Shown here piece after piece: positions 1-10,437 of a stretch of DNA of 32,260 bases (position 1 is its first letter; each line of letters starts with the position of its first letter). The translations under genes were made by a program, and so were the position numbers. This stretch comes from Chthoniobacterales bacterium (lineage in GTDB: Bacteria > Verrucomicrobiota > Verrucomicrobiia > Chthoniobacterales > JACTMZ01). The stretch lies in contig JBIKXZ010000003.1 in the NCBI GenBank assembly GCA_044355525.1, positions 1 to 32,260 of the forward strand, in the 5' to 3' direction. The notes beneath the pieces were generated by a model. The model was not told where the DNA came from and searched no databases. It was given only the letters and a program-made list of their open reading frames with translations.

Positions 1-153
1 GTATGCCGGCAGGTCGCGGAACATGCGGTGCGTGATCGTTCCGGCTGCGCGGTCGGCCACCAGCATGCGCGAGGCGGCGCGATCGGGCAGGGGCCGCGAA
101 GCGACCAGCTCGCGCGGCAGGTGGAAGTCGTAATCCGAAAGCTGCGCGCTCAC
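1..153 (-). CDS. queA: S-adenosylmethionine:tRNA ribosyltransferase-isomerase, N-terminal part (runs off window)
   Basis: Manual translation from GTG at 153: MSAQLSDYDFHLPRELVASRPLPDRAASRMLVADR...HRMFRDL, matching the QueA N-terminus (DFDxxLPxELIAxxP...SRLL). Start overlaps the upstream stop (GTGA). Confidence 0.9.
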   Translation of the reverse strand, partial: MSAQLSDYDFHLPRELVASRPLPDRAASRMLVADRAAGTITHRMFRDLPAY

Positions 154-2705
154 GAAGCCGGCTTGCCGGTCACCCGGGTCAGCCCGGCATGACGTGCGGC
201 CACGCAAAGGAGATCGGCGGCGCGACGTTTGAGCCGGCGCGCGCGGTAGCCGAGGAAGAGGACGAAAATTCCGTAGCCACCGGCCAGCCACCACGGAATC
301 CCGCCGCCTGCGAAATGCTGGTAGAGCAGCACGCCGAGGACGAGTAGGTTGGCCATCAAAGTCGGGCCGCCCATGCGCAGCCGCAGGGTGGCGCGGGTCA
401 GGCATTTCGGTCCGCCGTGGTATTCGGTCACGCTGCGCAAACGCAGCAACCACCAGAAACTCCCGTAGATCTGCACGTCCCAATCGTTCCAGCCGGTGTC
501 CAGCGAGTAGCTCCATCCCTCGTCCTCGAGCAGCTTCGTCGTCTCGGCGAGCAAACGTTCGCGTCCGTGTCCCTGCTCGTTCCAGAATTCGAAATTCGTT
601 TTGCTTCCCGCGACGTGCTTCGAGGCCAATTCCTGTTCGGGTGTGCGGATGACGCGCTCCGGGGTGCGTTTGTATTTTAGCCAGGTGAAATAGCGTGCCC
701 ACCCGCGCACCAGCGGTTGGGTGAAGGCGAGAAAAGTGACGAGCAGCCGCGCGCGCACCGAATCGAACTGAGGTTCGAGCCGCGCGTGGAGCATGTAGGA
801 CAGTGCGACGAGGAATGTCCCGCCGAACATGAGGTAGGGCACGATGCGCAGGTCGGGGATGACGATGGAGACGAGGAAAACGAGCGCGGTGAGCACGACC
901 CATTCGAGGCTGGCGAGGTAGTTGGCCACCTCCGAGCGCGGCGTCGGATAAATACTCTGGAACAGTCCCTCGCCGAAGACGCCGTGGTAGATGAGCGGAC
1001 GATTGACCAACCACGTGAAGCGCGGCGCGCCGTAAATTTGCCCTTTCCATTTGGCCGTGCCGGTCGGACCGAAAAAGACGAGGTGTTTGAAGCGCAGCAT
1101 GCTCTCCGCTTCGCCGTAGCCTTCCTGCTGCTTGCGGAACGCGCCGAGCGTGAAACGACGGTAGTGCCACACGATGGCCGCCGGACTGAAGGCGATGACT
1201 TGTCCGCTCTGTTGCAAACGCCAGCAGAAATCCACATCGTCTCCCGCTTTGCGGTAATCGGGATCGAACCCGCCAACCGAGTCGAAAGCCCAGCGATGGA
1301 AAGCCATGTTGCAACCGGGAATGTGCTCTGCCACCACGTCGGTGAGGAGCACGTGACTCGGTCCGCCCGGTGCCGCGGCCACGCACGCTTGAATCCAATC
1401 CTGTGCGGGCGGCGAGATGTTCGGTCCGCCCACACCGGCGTATTCCCCGGAAATCAGCGTGCCGACGAGGTAGTAGAGCCAATCCGGATCGGCCATGCAG
1501 TCGCTGTCCGTGTAAGCGATGATTTCTCCCGTGGCCGACGCCGCGCCCGCGTTGCGCGCGTAGCTCAGGCCCATGTTTTTCTGACGGATGTTCTGGAAAT
1601 CCGGCAACTTGGCGCCTTCCGCCCGGCGCTTCTCGCGCGCCTTTTCCCAATCAGCCACCACGTCCTGCGTCTGGTCTTTCGAACCGTCGTCGACGAAGAC
1701 GATTTCGTAATCGGGGTAATCGATACGGTCGAGCGCCTCGAGGCAGTCGCCCAAGGTTTTCGCACCGTTGTAGGAACAGACGATGACCGACACGCGCGGG
1801 TATTTCTCCAGTGGCACGCGCTCGGCCAGCGGACGTCCGCCGGTGAAAAGTTTCTGCACCGTGTCGAAAGCTTTCTTCGGCTTCCGCTCGCGCGTGACCA
1901 GACCGAAGGCCCAATCGAGAATTTCCTGTCCGCCACGGAACCATTCGTCGGTCCACGAATAAATGATCGTTCCGGCCAGGCCTCCACGCACCACGCTTTC
2001 GATGTGCCACGCCAGCATTTCCGATTGCTCGTCCTCGCTGTGGCGGATGGTGTCCATGCCGAATTCGCCGAGGACAAGCGGACGGTCCTCCGCGAGGTTC
2101 TGCAAGCGCGCGAGGTAGCGTTCGAAGTCCTCGCGGCGATGCAGGTAGACATTGAAGGTGAAGAAATCCGCGTTCTGCGGGAGCAGGTATTCGGTCGGCG
2201 GGAAGCTGGCGTAGGAGCAGAGCACCCCGGGGTCGGTGCGCTTGGCCAAATAGATGAGATGCTCGACGAATTCGGTGACACGGTGCGGACCCAGCCAGCG
2301 CACCATGTGGCTGGGGATTTCGTTGCCCACGAGGTAACCGAAAACGGCGGGGTGCCCCTTGTGCTCGGCCACGGACGAGACCACGGTCTTCTCGATTTCA
2401 CGGCGGATTTTGCGGTCGTTGAGAAACTCCACGTGCTCGGCCCACGGGATGGAAATAAGGCAACGGATCCCGTGCTCGGCGCATGCATCGAGGAACCAGC
2501 GCGGCGGGACATAGTAGATGCGAACGAGATTGATCCCCGCGGTGCGCATGACGGCCAAATCGGCGCGCGCTTTTTCCGGCGTGCCGAAATGATGTCCGTC
2601 GGCATCGGGGGCAAACGGCCCGTAGGTGACGCCTTGGACGAAGAACTTGCGGTCGCCTTCGTGGAAAAATTTCGCTTGGACCCGGACGGGTGCGGTGAAA
2701 CTCAC
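150..2705 (-). CDS. Clan GH-A (GH2-like) glycoside hydrolase domain fused to GT2 glycosyltransferase with C-terminal TM helices
   Basis: N-terminal GVTYGP...VRIY...VGNE...LGEFG...WTDEW (acid/base and nucleophile Glu motifs); central VSVIVCSYN, VDDGS, GLSYARN, TDSD, GCNMAF, GDDVD; hydrophobic C-terminal segments. Confidence 0.85.
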   Translation of the reverse strand: MSFTAPVRVQAKFFHEGDRKFFVQGVTYGPFAPDADGHHFGTPEKARADLAVMRTAGINLVRIYYVPPRWFLDACAEHGIRCLISIPWAEHVEFLNDRKIRREIEKTVVSSVAEHKGHPAVFGYLVGNEIPSHMVRWLGPHRVTEFVEHLIYLAKRTDPGVLCSYASFPPTEYLLPQNADFFTFNVYLHRREDFERYLARLQNLAEDRPLVLGEFGMDTIRHSEDEQSEMLAWHIESVVRGGLAGTIIYSWTDEWFRGGQEILDWAFGLVTRERKPKKAFDTVQKLFTGGRPLAERVPLEKYPRVSVIVCSYNGAKTLGDCLEALDRIDYPDYEIVFVDDGSKDQTQDVVADWEKAREKRRAEGAKLPDFQNIRQKNMGLSYARNAGAASATGEIIAYTDSDCMADPDWLYYLVGTLISGEYAGVGGPNISPPAQDWIQACVAAAPGGPSHVLLTDVVAEHIPGCNMAFHRWAFDSVGGFDPDYRKAGDDVDFCWRLQQSGQVIAFSPAAIVWHYRRFTLGAFRKQQEGYGEAESMLRFKHLVFFGPTGTAKWKGQIYGAPRFTWLVNRPLIYHGVFGEGLFQSIYPTPRSEVANYLASLEWVVLTALVFLVSIVIPDLRIVPYLMFGGTFLVALSYMLHARLEPQFDSVRARLLVTFLAFTQPLVRGWARYFTWLKYKRTPERVIRTPEQELASKHVAGSKTNFEFWNEQGHGRERLLAETTKLLEDEGWSYSLDTGWNDWDVQIYGSFWWLLRLRSVTEYHGGPKCLTRATLRLRMGGPTLMANLLVLGVLLYQHFAGGGIPWWLAGGYGIFVLFLGYRARRLKRRAADLLCVAARHAGLTRVTGKPAS

Positions 2706-2794
2706 GCCGCTTCAGCTAGGCCAAGCCGCGCCACTTGTCGAGCGGATCGCGGGATTGACCGCCCCCGCGGCCGGCGTCAGGGTTCGGTCAGGTC

Positions 2795-3088
2795 ATGAAT
2801 ATCGCCATCGCCTTGGCCCAATTCATCATGCTGGCCCTGGCCACCATGGCATCGCACATCCTGGTCAATTCCGGCTCGGTTGCTTCGCCGCCGGTCACGT
2901 GGTCGGACACGGCCACGACCTTCATCGCCAACCAAGGCCTGTGGTTCCTCGTCATCCCGGCCGTTTGGCTGATGTTCGCCGGATGGTGCGAAAAGACGAA
3001 GAGTCCGCTGGCCGGCGCCGCCCAACCGATTGGCGTGGGTGTGGCTGTGGCGATCCTTGCAGTGATCGTGCTGGTGCTGGTTTTTTAG
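2795..3088 (+). CDS. Small hypothetical membrane protein (about 3 TM segments)
   Basis: 97-aa ATG ORF that fills the gap between genes; three hydrophobic stretches. Confidence 0.65.
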   Translation: MNIAIALAQFIMLALATMASHILVNSGSVASPPVTWSDTATTFIANQGLWFLVIPAVWLMFAGWCEKTKSPLAGAAQPIGVGVAVAILAVIVLVLVF

Positions 3089-3135
3089 GTCGATCGCGCC
3101 GTCCCTGCCGATCGAAAAAGTGCGAAGACCCTCGC

Positions 3136-3852
3136 TCAGCCCTTCAACCCCGCACTGATCAGCACCGCGGGCGAGGTGGGTGCGGACGGCAGGCTGTCCG
3201 CACGCTCGATCGACACCGCGAAGCCCTGCATCGAATCGATCGCATCGCCGGGTTGGACAAAGCGACGGGCCAGTCCGCCGTGGCGCAGTGGAAGTTCGCC
3301 GCAGTCGTGCAACTTGCCGTCGGCGCAAACCGCCCAAACCCGGTAGCTGTGGGAGGAAGGTAACTCGGGCAGCCCGGCCGCTTGCACATACCAGCCGCGC
3401 TGGCCGCTGTCCCAGAGCACATTGGCTTTGACCCCGGCGTAATCGCCGTAGCCCTCGAGCGGGACCGTGAGGTCCTGCGGATCTGAGCGCATGTCGCGGA
3501 CCATGACATTTTCTTTTTGCCGTGTGGTCGCGGACGCGCCGACAAGGGCAAGGAGGACAATGGCGGCAGCCGCAGCCCATGCGGCGTAACCGAACGGTCG
3601 TGACGCCTGCGCCGCGTTCCGGTCGGAGGCATCGCCGAAGACGCGGTCCATGACACGCTGACGCAACGCAGCCGGCGCTTCGACTTGCGATGCGAGCAAG
3701 GAGAGTCGCGCCGCCACATCGCCCAATTCGTCGCGAAGCCGCGAGGCTGTGGCATCCTCCGCCCGGACATGTTCCCACGCGGCAACATCGTCCCCGTCGA
3801 GCGCGCCGAGGGCGTCGAGGCAGGCAAGTTCTTCGATCTGGTCGCGGTTCAT
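3136..3852 (-). CDS. Anti-sigma factor, RskA-like
   Basis: N-terminal EELACLDALGALD...APAALRQRVM, one TM (WAAAAAIVLLALV), C-terminal LPELP..SYRVW...FAVSIE..P.APT; ATGA overlap with the sigma gene. Confidence 0.85.
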   Translation of the reverse strand: MNRDQIEELACLDALGALDGDDVAAWEHVRAEDATASRLRDELGDVAARLSLLASQVEAPAALRQRVMDRVFGDASDRNAAQASRPFGYAAWAAAAAIVLLALVGASATTRQKENVMVRDMRSDPQDLTVPLEGYGDYAGVKANVLWDSGQRGWYVQAAGLPELPSSHSYRVWAVCADGKLHDCGELPLRHGGLARRFVQPGDAIDSMQGFAVSIERADSLPSAPTSPAVLISAGLKG

Positions 3853-4430
3853 GGCTGGGTGACGAGGATTTCTTTGAGTTTCATCAGGCCGCGGCGGGCG
3901 CGGGCTTTGACCGTGCCGAGCGGTTCGCCCAGGCGGTCGGCGATTTCGCTTTGGGTGAAGCCGCCGAAGAAGGCCAGTTCGATGACTTTTCTCTGTTCGG
4001 GCGACAAGCGTCCCACGGCATCGCGCAAAATCTGGCTCTTTTCGCTGGCATCCACCCCAGATAACGCCTCCCTGATCCCCGCGGATTCATCGGCGACCGT
4101 TTCCTTCTCGAAATCGTCCCGCAGGCGGGTGCGGCGCTGGATGGCGCGGATGCGGTCGATCGAGCGGTTGCGGGTCAGGGTGAGGGCCCAGGTGAGGGGC
4201 TTGCCCTTGGCCGGATCGTAAAGCTTCGCCTTGTCCCAGATCTGGATGAAAACATCCTGCACCACGTCCTGCGCATCGGCGTCCTCCTTGAGGAACTTCA
4301 TCGCCGTGGCATAGAGGATGTTCGAATAGCGGTCGTAGAGTTGCTCGAACGCCGCCCGCTCGCGCTTGGCCACCCGCGCCAGCAAATCCAGCTCGACGGC
4401 GCGGTCGTCATGTTCCGGTGCGTTGCTCAT
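3849..4430 (-). CDS. ECF sigma-70 family RNA polymerase sigma factor (SigK-like)
   Basis: Start moved to ATG 4430 (MSNAPEHDD); [77 protein letters not shown]. Confidence 0.93.
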   Translation of the reverse strand: MSNAPEHDDRAVELDLLARVAKRERAAFEQLYDRYSNILYATAMKFLKEDADAQDVVQDVFIQIWDKAKLYDPAKGKPLTWALTLTRNRSIDRIRAIQRRTRLRDDFEKETVADESAGIREALSGVDASEKSQILRDAVGRLSPEQRKVIELAFFGGFTQSEIADRLGEPLGTVKARARRGLMKLKEILVTQP

Positions 4431-5722
4431 GAGGCGTGGCGCAGTGCCTGGACGGCCATCCCGACCGTCCGGGCGATGTCCTCGTCCGTGTGCGCCGTGC
4501 TGATGAATCCCGTTTCGAACTGCGAGGGGGGAAAATACACGCCGTGCTCCAGACAGTAATGAAAAAATTTGGCGAACTTCGAGGTGTCGGACTTTTTGGC
4601 GTCCTCGAGGTTGCGCACCGGGCTCCCGGTAAAGAAGAGGCTGAACATGCTGCCCGCGCGGTGGAAGGTGCAACCGGCTGCAGTCGCGCCCGCGCGCACG
4701 CCGCTCTCCAATTCCGCGCCAAGTTCCTCCAACCGGCTCCACGCATCGCTCCTCTCCAGCTCGCGCAATTGCGCCAAGCCAGCGGCCATGGCCAGCGCAT
4801 TTCCCGACAAAGTGCCGGCCTGATAGACCGGACCGTCCGGCGCGAGATGATCCATGATCTCCGCGCGCCCGCCGAACGCGCCGACCGGCAAACCGCCGCC
4901 GATCACTTTGCCCATCGCGGTGAGATCCGGCATCACGCCGGTCATTTCCTGCACGCCCCCGCGCGCCACGCGGAATCCGGTCATCACTTCGTCGAAAACG
5001 AGCAGCGCCCCGTGTGAGGTGCAAAGCTCGCGCAGTTTTCGCAAGTAACCGGGCCGCGGATGAATGAGCCCGGCGTTGGCCGGCAACGGCTCCACGATGA
5101 CCGCGGCAATGCTGTCCTTCTCCCGCGCGAACACCTCTTCGACCGCCGCCGCCTCATTGAACGGCAGCATAATGGTCAGCGCGGCCAAGTCGCGCGGCAC
5201 ACCGGCGCTGTCCGGTTGACCCAGCGTGAGCGCCCCGCTGCCCGCCCGCACGAGCAGCGAATCGACGTGCCCGTGATAGCAGCCCTCGAATTTGACGATC
5301 TTGTCGCGTCCGGTGAACCCGCGGGCCAGCCGCAAACACGACATCGTCGCCTCGGTCCCGCTGTTGACCATGCGCACTTTTTCCACCGACGGCACCCACG
5401 CGCAGATCAGTTCGGCCATTTCCACCTCGAGCGGATTAGGGATGCCGTAGCTCAGTCCGCGCCCCGCCGCCTCGCGCACCGCGTCGACGACGACCTTCGG
5501 CGCATGTCCGAGAATCGCCGGGCCCCACGTGCCGACGTAATCGATGTATTCATGCCCGTCGACATCGCGGATCCGCGCGCCCGCCGCGTGATCGACAAAA
5601 AACGGCTCCCCGCCCACGCCGCGGAAAGCGCGCACGGGCGAATTGACCCCGCCCGGGATGCGGGCACGCGCCGCGGCGAAGAGTTCGTGCGAGCGCGGAC
5701 GCGCGGGCATCGGCGTGGCCAC
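4427..5722 (-). CDS. hemL: Glutamate-1-semialdehyde 2,1-aminomutase
   Basis: [64 protein letters not shown]. Confidence 0.97.
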   Translation of the reverse strand: MATPMPARPRSHELFAAARARIPGGVNSPVRAFRGVGGEPFFVDHAAGARIRDVDGHEYIDYVGTWGPAILGHAPKVVVDAVREAAGRGLSYGIPNPLEVEMAELICAWVPSVEKVRMVNSGTEATMSCLRLARGFTGRDKIVKFEGCYHGHVDSLLVRAGSGALTLGQPDSAGVPRDLAALTIMLPFNEAAAVEEVFAREKDSIAAVIVEPLPANAGLIHPRPGYLRKLRELCTSHGALLVFDEVMTGFRVARGGVQEMTGVMPDLTAMGKVIGGGLPVGAFGGRAEIMDHLAPDGPVYQAGTLSGNALAMAAGLAQLRELERSDAWSRLEELGAELESGVRAGATAAGCTFHRAGSMFSLFFTGSPVRNLEDAKKSDTSKFAKFFHYCLEHGVYFPPSQFETGFISTAHTDEDIARTVGMAVQALRHAS

Positions 5723-5726
5723 GCGC

Positions 5727-6836
5727 TCAGAGCGTGCGGAGGAAGCTCACCATGTCCTCGACCGTCGGACTTTTGGCCGTGCGGACATAAAAACCGGAGG
5801 TGCCCACGCCGATCTGCAGGCTGACATCGAGCGGCGCCTCGAGCATCCGTCCGATGCAAAAGCCCGCGTTGAAATGGTCGCCGGCACCCGTGGTGATTTT
5901 CGGCTTCTCGATGAAAGGCCCCTGCACGGCCGCGGTGCCTTTGGCATCGGCCGCCGCGGCGAAGGACACGGGGTGGATGACCACCGTTTCGACCCCGAGC
6001 TTTTCGCGGATCTTGGCCGCGTGCGCGGCCACCGCCTCGTGCGTTTCCTCGCAGGGCGCGAATCCGAGCACCTCGCCGATCTGACGGCCTTCCTGCAGGT
6101 TGAGTCCGAGAATGACCTTGGCGTGCTTTTGGAACTTGGCGATGAGATCGACCGCCTTGGCGATATCTTCGCGCGTGCGTTTGGCCGGATCGGCCAAGTC
6201 AAAGAAAATCCAGCGCGGCTCGGTGACGAGAGGCATCACCTTTTTGAGTAGTTCCTCGAAAATGCGCGTCATGCCCGTGAGCATGGTCCAATTGACCAGT
6301 GCGATGAGTGCGGAGTCGTTGAACAACTTCACCAACCGCTCGAGCGGGACGTGCTCGAGGAGATTTTCCCAGTTCACGTCGCGCAGGCTGAGATGCTTGC
6401 CGAACATCAGCTTGCCGTCGTCGAACTCGATGGCGTCGGTATAGCCCGGTTCGGCCAGCGAAATGACTTCGGCCCGCTTGGCGAAATCGGCGAAAACCGG
6501 ATGGATGTTCGGCGAACCGAGGATGCCGACATAGGTTACCGGCGTGCCGTAGGCGTCGAGCGCGTTGGCCATGATCGGGCCGTTGCCGCCGAGCTTCACC
6601 ATTTGCTGCACCATTTCGAAATTCGCGCTCAGTCCGGCCGCTGCCGAAATCTTGCGTCCGAATTCCGCCATGCTCTCGAGGCGCGTGTATTGTTCCGCGC
6701 TCTCCCGGGTCGCGACCACATGCAGGATGGTGTCCACAAAGCCGTCGAGCCCGACCAGGCTGGGCGACTTGGGCAGGGTGTCGGCGCGGGACGAAAGAAG
6801 ATCGGCCGCCGCCGCGGCCAGCGATGCATTACTCAT
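5727..6836 (-). CDS. PfkB-family carbohydrate kinase-like protein
   Basis: [19 protein letters not shown] and C-terminal [13 protein letters not shown] (PfkB signature 2). Confidence 0.8.
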   Translation of the reverse strand: MSNASLAAAAADLLSSRADTLPKSPSLVGLDGFVDTILHVVATRESAEQYTRLESMAEFGRKISAAAGLSANFEMVQQMVKLGGNGPIMANALDAYGTPVTYVGILGSPNIHPVFADFAKRAEVISLAEPGYTDAIEFDDGKLMFGKHLSLRDVNWENLLEHVPLERLVKLFNDSALIALVNWTMLTGMTRIFEELLKKVMPLVTEPRWIFFDLADPAKRTREDIAKAVDLIAKFQKHAKVILGLNLQEGRQIGEVLGFAPCEETHEAVAAHAAKIREKLGVETVVIHPVSFAAAADAKGTAAVQGPFIEKPKITTGAGDHFNAGFCIGRMLEAPLDVSLQIGVGTSGFYVRTAKSPTVEDMVSFLRTL

Positions 6837-6944
6837 GGAACCGCATAGAATAAATCCGCCGGTCGGGCCAACGCACGCGATTTCCGTTTCCGCAAAAAGA
6901 GCTTTCGTCAGACGCCGCCCTGCGCTTTATTGGCAGGTTCTCAA

Positions 6945-7018
6945 GGAGCCTTAGCTCAATTGGTTAGAGCGCTGCCCTGTCACGGCAGAGGTTGCGGGTT
7001 CGAGCCCCGTAGGCTCCG
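6945..7018 (+). tRNA. tRNA-Asp (GTC), CCA not encoded
   Basis: Acceptor stem GGAGCCT/AGGCTCC, D arm GCTC..GAGC, anticodon arm CTGCC-CTGTCAC-GGCAG, T loop GGTTCGAGCC, discriminator G. Confidence 0.96.
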
Positions 7019-7035
7019 GCTTCTCTCATGCCGGC

Positions 7036-7060
7036 AGGTTTCTCTGATGAAACCTCCTTT
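7036..7060 (+). terminator. Possible hairpin/terminator downstream of tRNA-Asp
   Basis: AGGTTTC-6nt-GAAACCT stem followed by CCTTT; U-tract is weak. Confidence 0.3.
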
Positions 7061-7291
7061 CCAGAGAATCAGAGCAAAATGTTGCGACTTTAGTTCGCCG
7101 GTTTCTCTTCGTTTTCGCCGGTCAATTTGGCCCAAACGATTTCGGCAAACTCCCGCCTGTTTGATCGATGCGGAGCGAGAGTTTGTACGAGTTGGGTGCG
7201 TCGTGTCGCATCAATTCGTCTTCAAACCAGCAGCGTCATGACAACAGAGCGGGTCGCCGCGAGAAGTGCTTGCCGCGATGAATAATCTCCC

Positions 7292-9154
7292 TCAGCTCTG
7301 AGGGATGAGTTTGATCTCGTCGAGGTAAAGGGTGCCGTCGGGAGCGGACAACTCGAAACAAATGATGAGGACCGCCTTGTGGGTTGCTTTTACGTCCTTG
7401 AGATCGCGGTTCCTGAAGTTGATGGTGAAACTTTTTTCCAATTTTGACCAGGAAGCACCGGGGCGGAAGTCCTCCGCTACGTTTCCGTGCTCGTCGGCGA
7501 CGTTGTGGACTTTGGAGACGGCACCGCGCTCTCCGCGGATTATGCGATCTTCCCCCAGTTCTTTGCGTCCCCACCATCCGAGAAAGATGTGCGCACGGAC
7601 TACGCCGGATCCCTTGTGCTGCAAGCCGAGTGTGTAGGTCTTGCCGGCCTGCAATTGGACCTGTTGCTGCATCATGAAGGTCCTGCTTGGTGCATCGAGG
7701 ATCCTTTGCGACAGCGGGATGTCGTAGAAGAACCAATTCTGGTCGTAGTTGCCAAAGCGGAAAGCCTTCGAGCCCGGTAAGCTGAATCGGCTCACGGGAC
7801 TCTGTTGGGAAGCCGCGAATCCAAACCTCAGTGCGCGACCTCCCTCGGGGGGCGCAGCCGACGTGTCCTCTTGCGCGGAAACGGAGCTTGCGTATGCGAG
7901 GATGTTGCCTCTCGAGGTTCCCGTGTCTATTTCCCACTGCGAAGGATGTTGCCAGGTCAGCGGCGCCGGTTTGTCGCCGCTCAGTTTTTCGGGTTGGTCG
8001 AATTTCGGAGCCTCCTTGGAACCTCGGTTTGCCGACCACGCAATCGTGCAGTCGCTTCTTCCGACGACGAGGTCTAATAGTCCGTCGCCGTTCAGGTCGC
8101 CCGTTGCGATGGTGTTGATTCCGGATCCCACGGAGAAAGCCTGGCCCTCGTCCTTGGTTAGCGCGCCGGTTTTGGCCAAGAAACCCGAGGGCGGGATACT
8201 GTCGCCAAACTTCCAGTTGTCCGGACGAACGTAGGCGGTGATTTTTCCGCCGCGGTCAGACGCCACGATGATGTCGAGCTGACCGTCGCCGTTTATATCT
8301 GCCAGTGCGGGCGTGAGCTGCTGGCGTCCTTCGCCCAAAGCCAGGGGCTGGCGCTTATCCTCGTTGAACAGTGGCGCCCCGGGCGAGCCTTGGTTGAGAA
8401 AGAGGTGCACGTTGTTGGCCGAATACGAACCCTCGCCTATGAGAAGGTCCGGCTTCGCGTCACCGTCCCAGTCGTGAAGGAGCGGTGCGAAAACGTTTCC
8501 CCAGCGGGGCATGGGATCTTTCATGGTGGGAACGGTTACCTTGGCGAGAGAAGGAGGTTGGGCGAATCGGGGGGCTTGGGCCGTCCCGTCGTTGGGCACA
8601 AAAAAGACATCGCCGAAGTAGTTGCCGGCCACGAGATCCAGCTTTCCGTTACCTGCCGTATCGGCAAGTGAAGCGCGCACTCCGAGCCGCCGCTCGGCCC
8701 ATTTGCGGTTCCACGCAAGCATCTCGTGGCGCAATAGCCCTGGAGGGCGCCACGGGGGTTCTCCCTCCCCGGAAGCCAGCCACGGCAGGGTGAGTTCGCC
8801 GGTGGTGAACTTGGGCTGCTCCTTGCTGCCGCTGTTGAAATAGATGCGCAGGTAGCCGAGAGGGTCGGAGGAGAAGATGTCTGACAAACCATCACCGTTG
8901 AGGTCGCCGACTGCCACACTCACCGGCATGGGAGTCTCAGCCACGCTTCCGCTATCGCTCAGCACAGGAAGAAAGCCTCGGAAACCGGCGAGGAATCCGT
9001 CCTTGTCCACTCCGCTCCACAGATTGGGTATCTGCATTGTGCGCTCGAAGCCGCCGTTGCTGATGGCGTCTTTCGGCGCCGCCACCGGCGGTTGCTGGGC
9101 CCATAGTGAGCCGGCATAAAGCATTAAAACCGCGCCTAATTTGCAAGGGCTCAC
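7292..9154 (-). CDS. Secreted FG-GAP/VCBS repeat protein with CBM-like beta-sandwich region
   Basis: Signal-like N-terminus; repeats GDLNGDGLSDI, DTAGNGKLDLVAG, DWDGDAKPDLLIG, DINGDGQLDII, GDLNGDGLLDLVVG; C-terminal QQVQLQAGKTYTL...YLDEIKL. Start codon uncertain. Confidence 0.8.
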   Translation of the reverse strand: MSPCKLGAVLMLYAGSLWAQQPPVAAPKDAISNGGFERTMQIPNLWSGVDKDGFLAGFRGFLPVLSDSGSVAETPMPVSVAVGDLNGDGLSDIFSSDPLGYLRIYFNSGSKEQPKFTTGELTLPWLASGEGEPPWRPPGLLRHEMLAWNRKWAERRLGVRASLADTAGNGKLDLVAGNYFGDVFFVPNDGTAQAPRFAQPPSLAKVTVPTMKDPMPRWGNVFAPLLHDWDGDAKPDLLIGEGSYSANNVHLFLNQGSPGAPLFNEDKRQPLALGEGRQQLTPALADINGDGQLDIIVASDRGGKITAYVRPDNWKFGDSIPPSGFLAKTGALTKDEGQAFSVGSGINTIATGDLNGDGLLDLVVGRSDCTIAWSANRGSKEAPKFDQPEKLSGDKPAPLTWQHPSQWEIDTGTSRGNILAYASSVSAQEDTSAAPPEGGRALRFGFAASQQSPVSRFSLPGSKAFRFGNYDQNWFFYDIPLSQRILDAPSRTFMMQQQVQLQAGKTYTLGLQHKGSGVVRAHIFLGWWGRKELGEDRIIRGERGAVSKVHNVADEHGNVAEDFRPGASWSKLEKSFTINFRNRDLKDVKATHKAVLIICFELSAPDGTLYLDEIKLIPQS

Positions 9155-9178
9155 TGTTTTTTGGCGCTTACGTTACGA

Positions 9179-10429
9179 CTACCTATGTTCTGCTATCTTG
9201 CGTTCGTAGTCTAGGACATCTGTAAGCCACGCAGTTCCAATGGGAACATCTTTTCTTCGGCAGAACTCGTCCCACACCGCGCCCCAGGGGAGGGACTTGG
9301 CTTCTTCGAGCAAGGCCAGTCGTGTGGTGAGGTTTCCGGCGGTTTCGGCTTCACGCAGTTGACTCGACGGTTCGAGCAGGGCGAGGAGGAGGGCTTTTTG
9401 GGTGGCGCGGATGCCGATGACCCAAGCGGCCACGCGGTTGATGCTGGCATCGAAATAGTCGAGGCCGATGCTGGTTCGGCCGAGGAAATCGCCGCGGACC
9501 AATTCCTCCATCACTGCGCGCGTCGGGTCGTCGAGGATGACGACATGGTCGCTGTCCCAGCGCACGCCGCGGCTGACGTGAAGCAGTAAGCGTGGCACGA
9601 AGAGCAGCACGGAGGAAATTTTGTCGGCGAGGGTTTCCGTGGGATGAAAATGGCCGGCGTCGAGACAGACAGCTTTCTGCCGCGAGACGGCATAGCCGAG
9701 GTAAAATTCGTGCGAGCCTGCCGTGTAGCTTTCCGAGCCGATGCCGAAAAGTTTGCACTCCACGGCGTCGATTTCGTCCTTCTCCGGGAGCTTTTCGGCG
9801 AAGATGGCGTCGAGCGATTCTATGAGGCGCTGGCGAGGAGCGACGCGGTCGATCGGCAGGTCTTTGTAGCCGTCGGGAATCCAGACGTTCGTCACGCACG
9901 TCGAGCCGAGGGCGCGCCCGATATCCGCACCGATCTTGCGGCAGCGTTTGGCGTGTTCGATCCAGAAATCGCGGATGCCCTTGTCGCGATGGGCGAGGGT
10001 GAAGCCGTCGGCGGCTTTCGGGTGGGCGAAGCAGGTCGGATTGAAGTCCATACCGATGCCGAGTGACTTGGCCCAATCGATCCACCTCTGGAAATGCTTC
10101 GTCTCGATCTGGTCGCGGTCGACTTTCTGACCGCCGGTCTCGAGGTAGAAGGCGTGAAGGTTGAGGCGGTGCTTGCCGGGAACGAGCGAGAAAACTTTCT
10201 CGAGGTCCGCGCGTAGCTCGTTGGGTGTGCGGGCGCGGCCCGGATAGTTGCCGGTCACGGCGAGTCCGCCACCCGGATCGCCGGCGGAGGTGGATTCGAA
10301 TCCGCCGACGTCATCGCCTTGCCAGCAGTGGACGGAGATCGGTGTGCGGCCGAGGGTTTCGAGGGCCTTTTCGGTATCGACGCCGAGAGTGGCGTAGGCC
10401 TCGCGGGCCGCCTGGTAGGGGGAGGGCAT
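9179..10429 (-). CDS. rhaA: L-rhamnose isomerase
   Basis: Start at ATG 10429 behind AGGAG; [77 protein letters not shown]. Confidence 0.96.
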   Translation of the reverse strand: MPSPYQAAREAYATLGVDTEKALETLGRTPISVHCWQGDDVGGFESTSAGDPGGGLAVTGNYPGRARTPNELRADLEKVFSLVPGKHRLNLHAFYLETGGQKVDRDQIETKHFQRWIDWAKSLGIGMDFNPTCFAHPKAADGFTLAHRDKGIRDFWIEHAKRCRKIGADIGRALGSTCVTNVWIPDGYKDLPIDRVAPRQRLIESLDAIFAEKLPEKDEIDAVECKLFGIGSESYTAGSHEFYLGYAVSRQKAVCLDAGHFHPTETLADKISSVLLFVPRLLLHVSRGVRWDSDHVVILDDPTRAVMEELVRGDFLGRTSIGLDYFDASINRVAAWVIGIRATQKALLLALLEPSSQLREAETAGNLTTRLALLEEAKSLPWGAVWDEFCRRKDVPIGTAWLTDVLDYERKIAEHR

Positions 10430-10437
10430 AAGTTCTC

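Noticed and set aside
717-2798. 693-aa + strand ORF
   Set aside because: Antisense shadow of the GH-GT2 gene; no recognisable motifs; expected in high-GC coding DNA.
4431-5024. N-terminal extension making the sigma factor 391 aa
   Set aside because: Overlaps hemL in another frame; ATG 4430 gives a normal ECF size with an ATGA overlap.
6930-7241. 103-aa ORF over the tRNA
   Set aside because: Explained by the tRNA-Asp gene; no protein motif.
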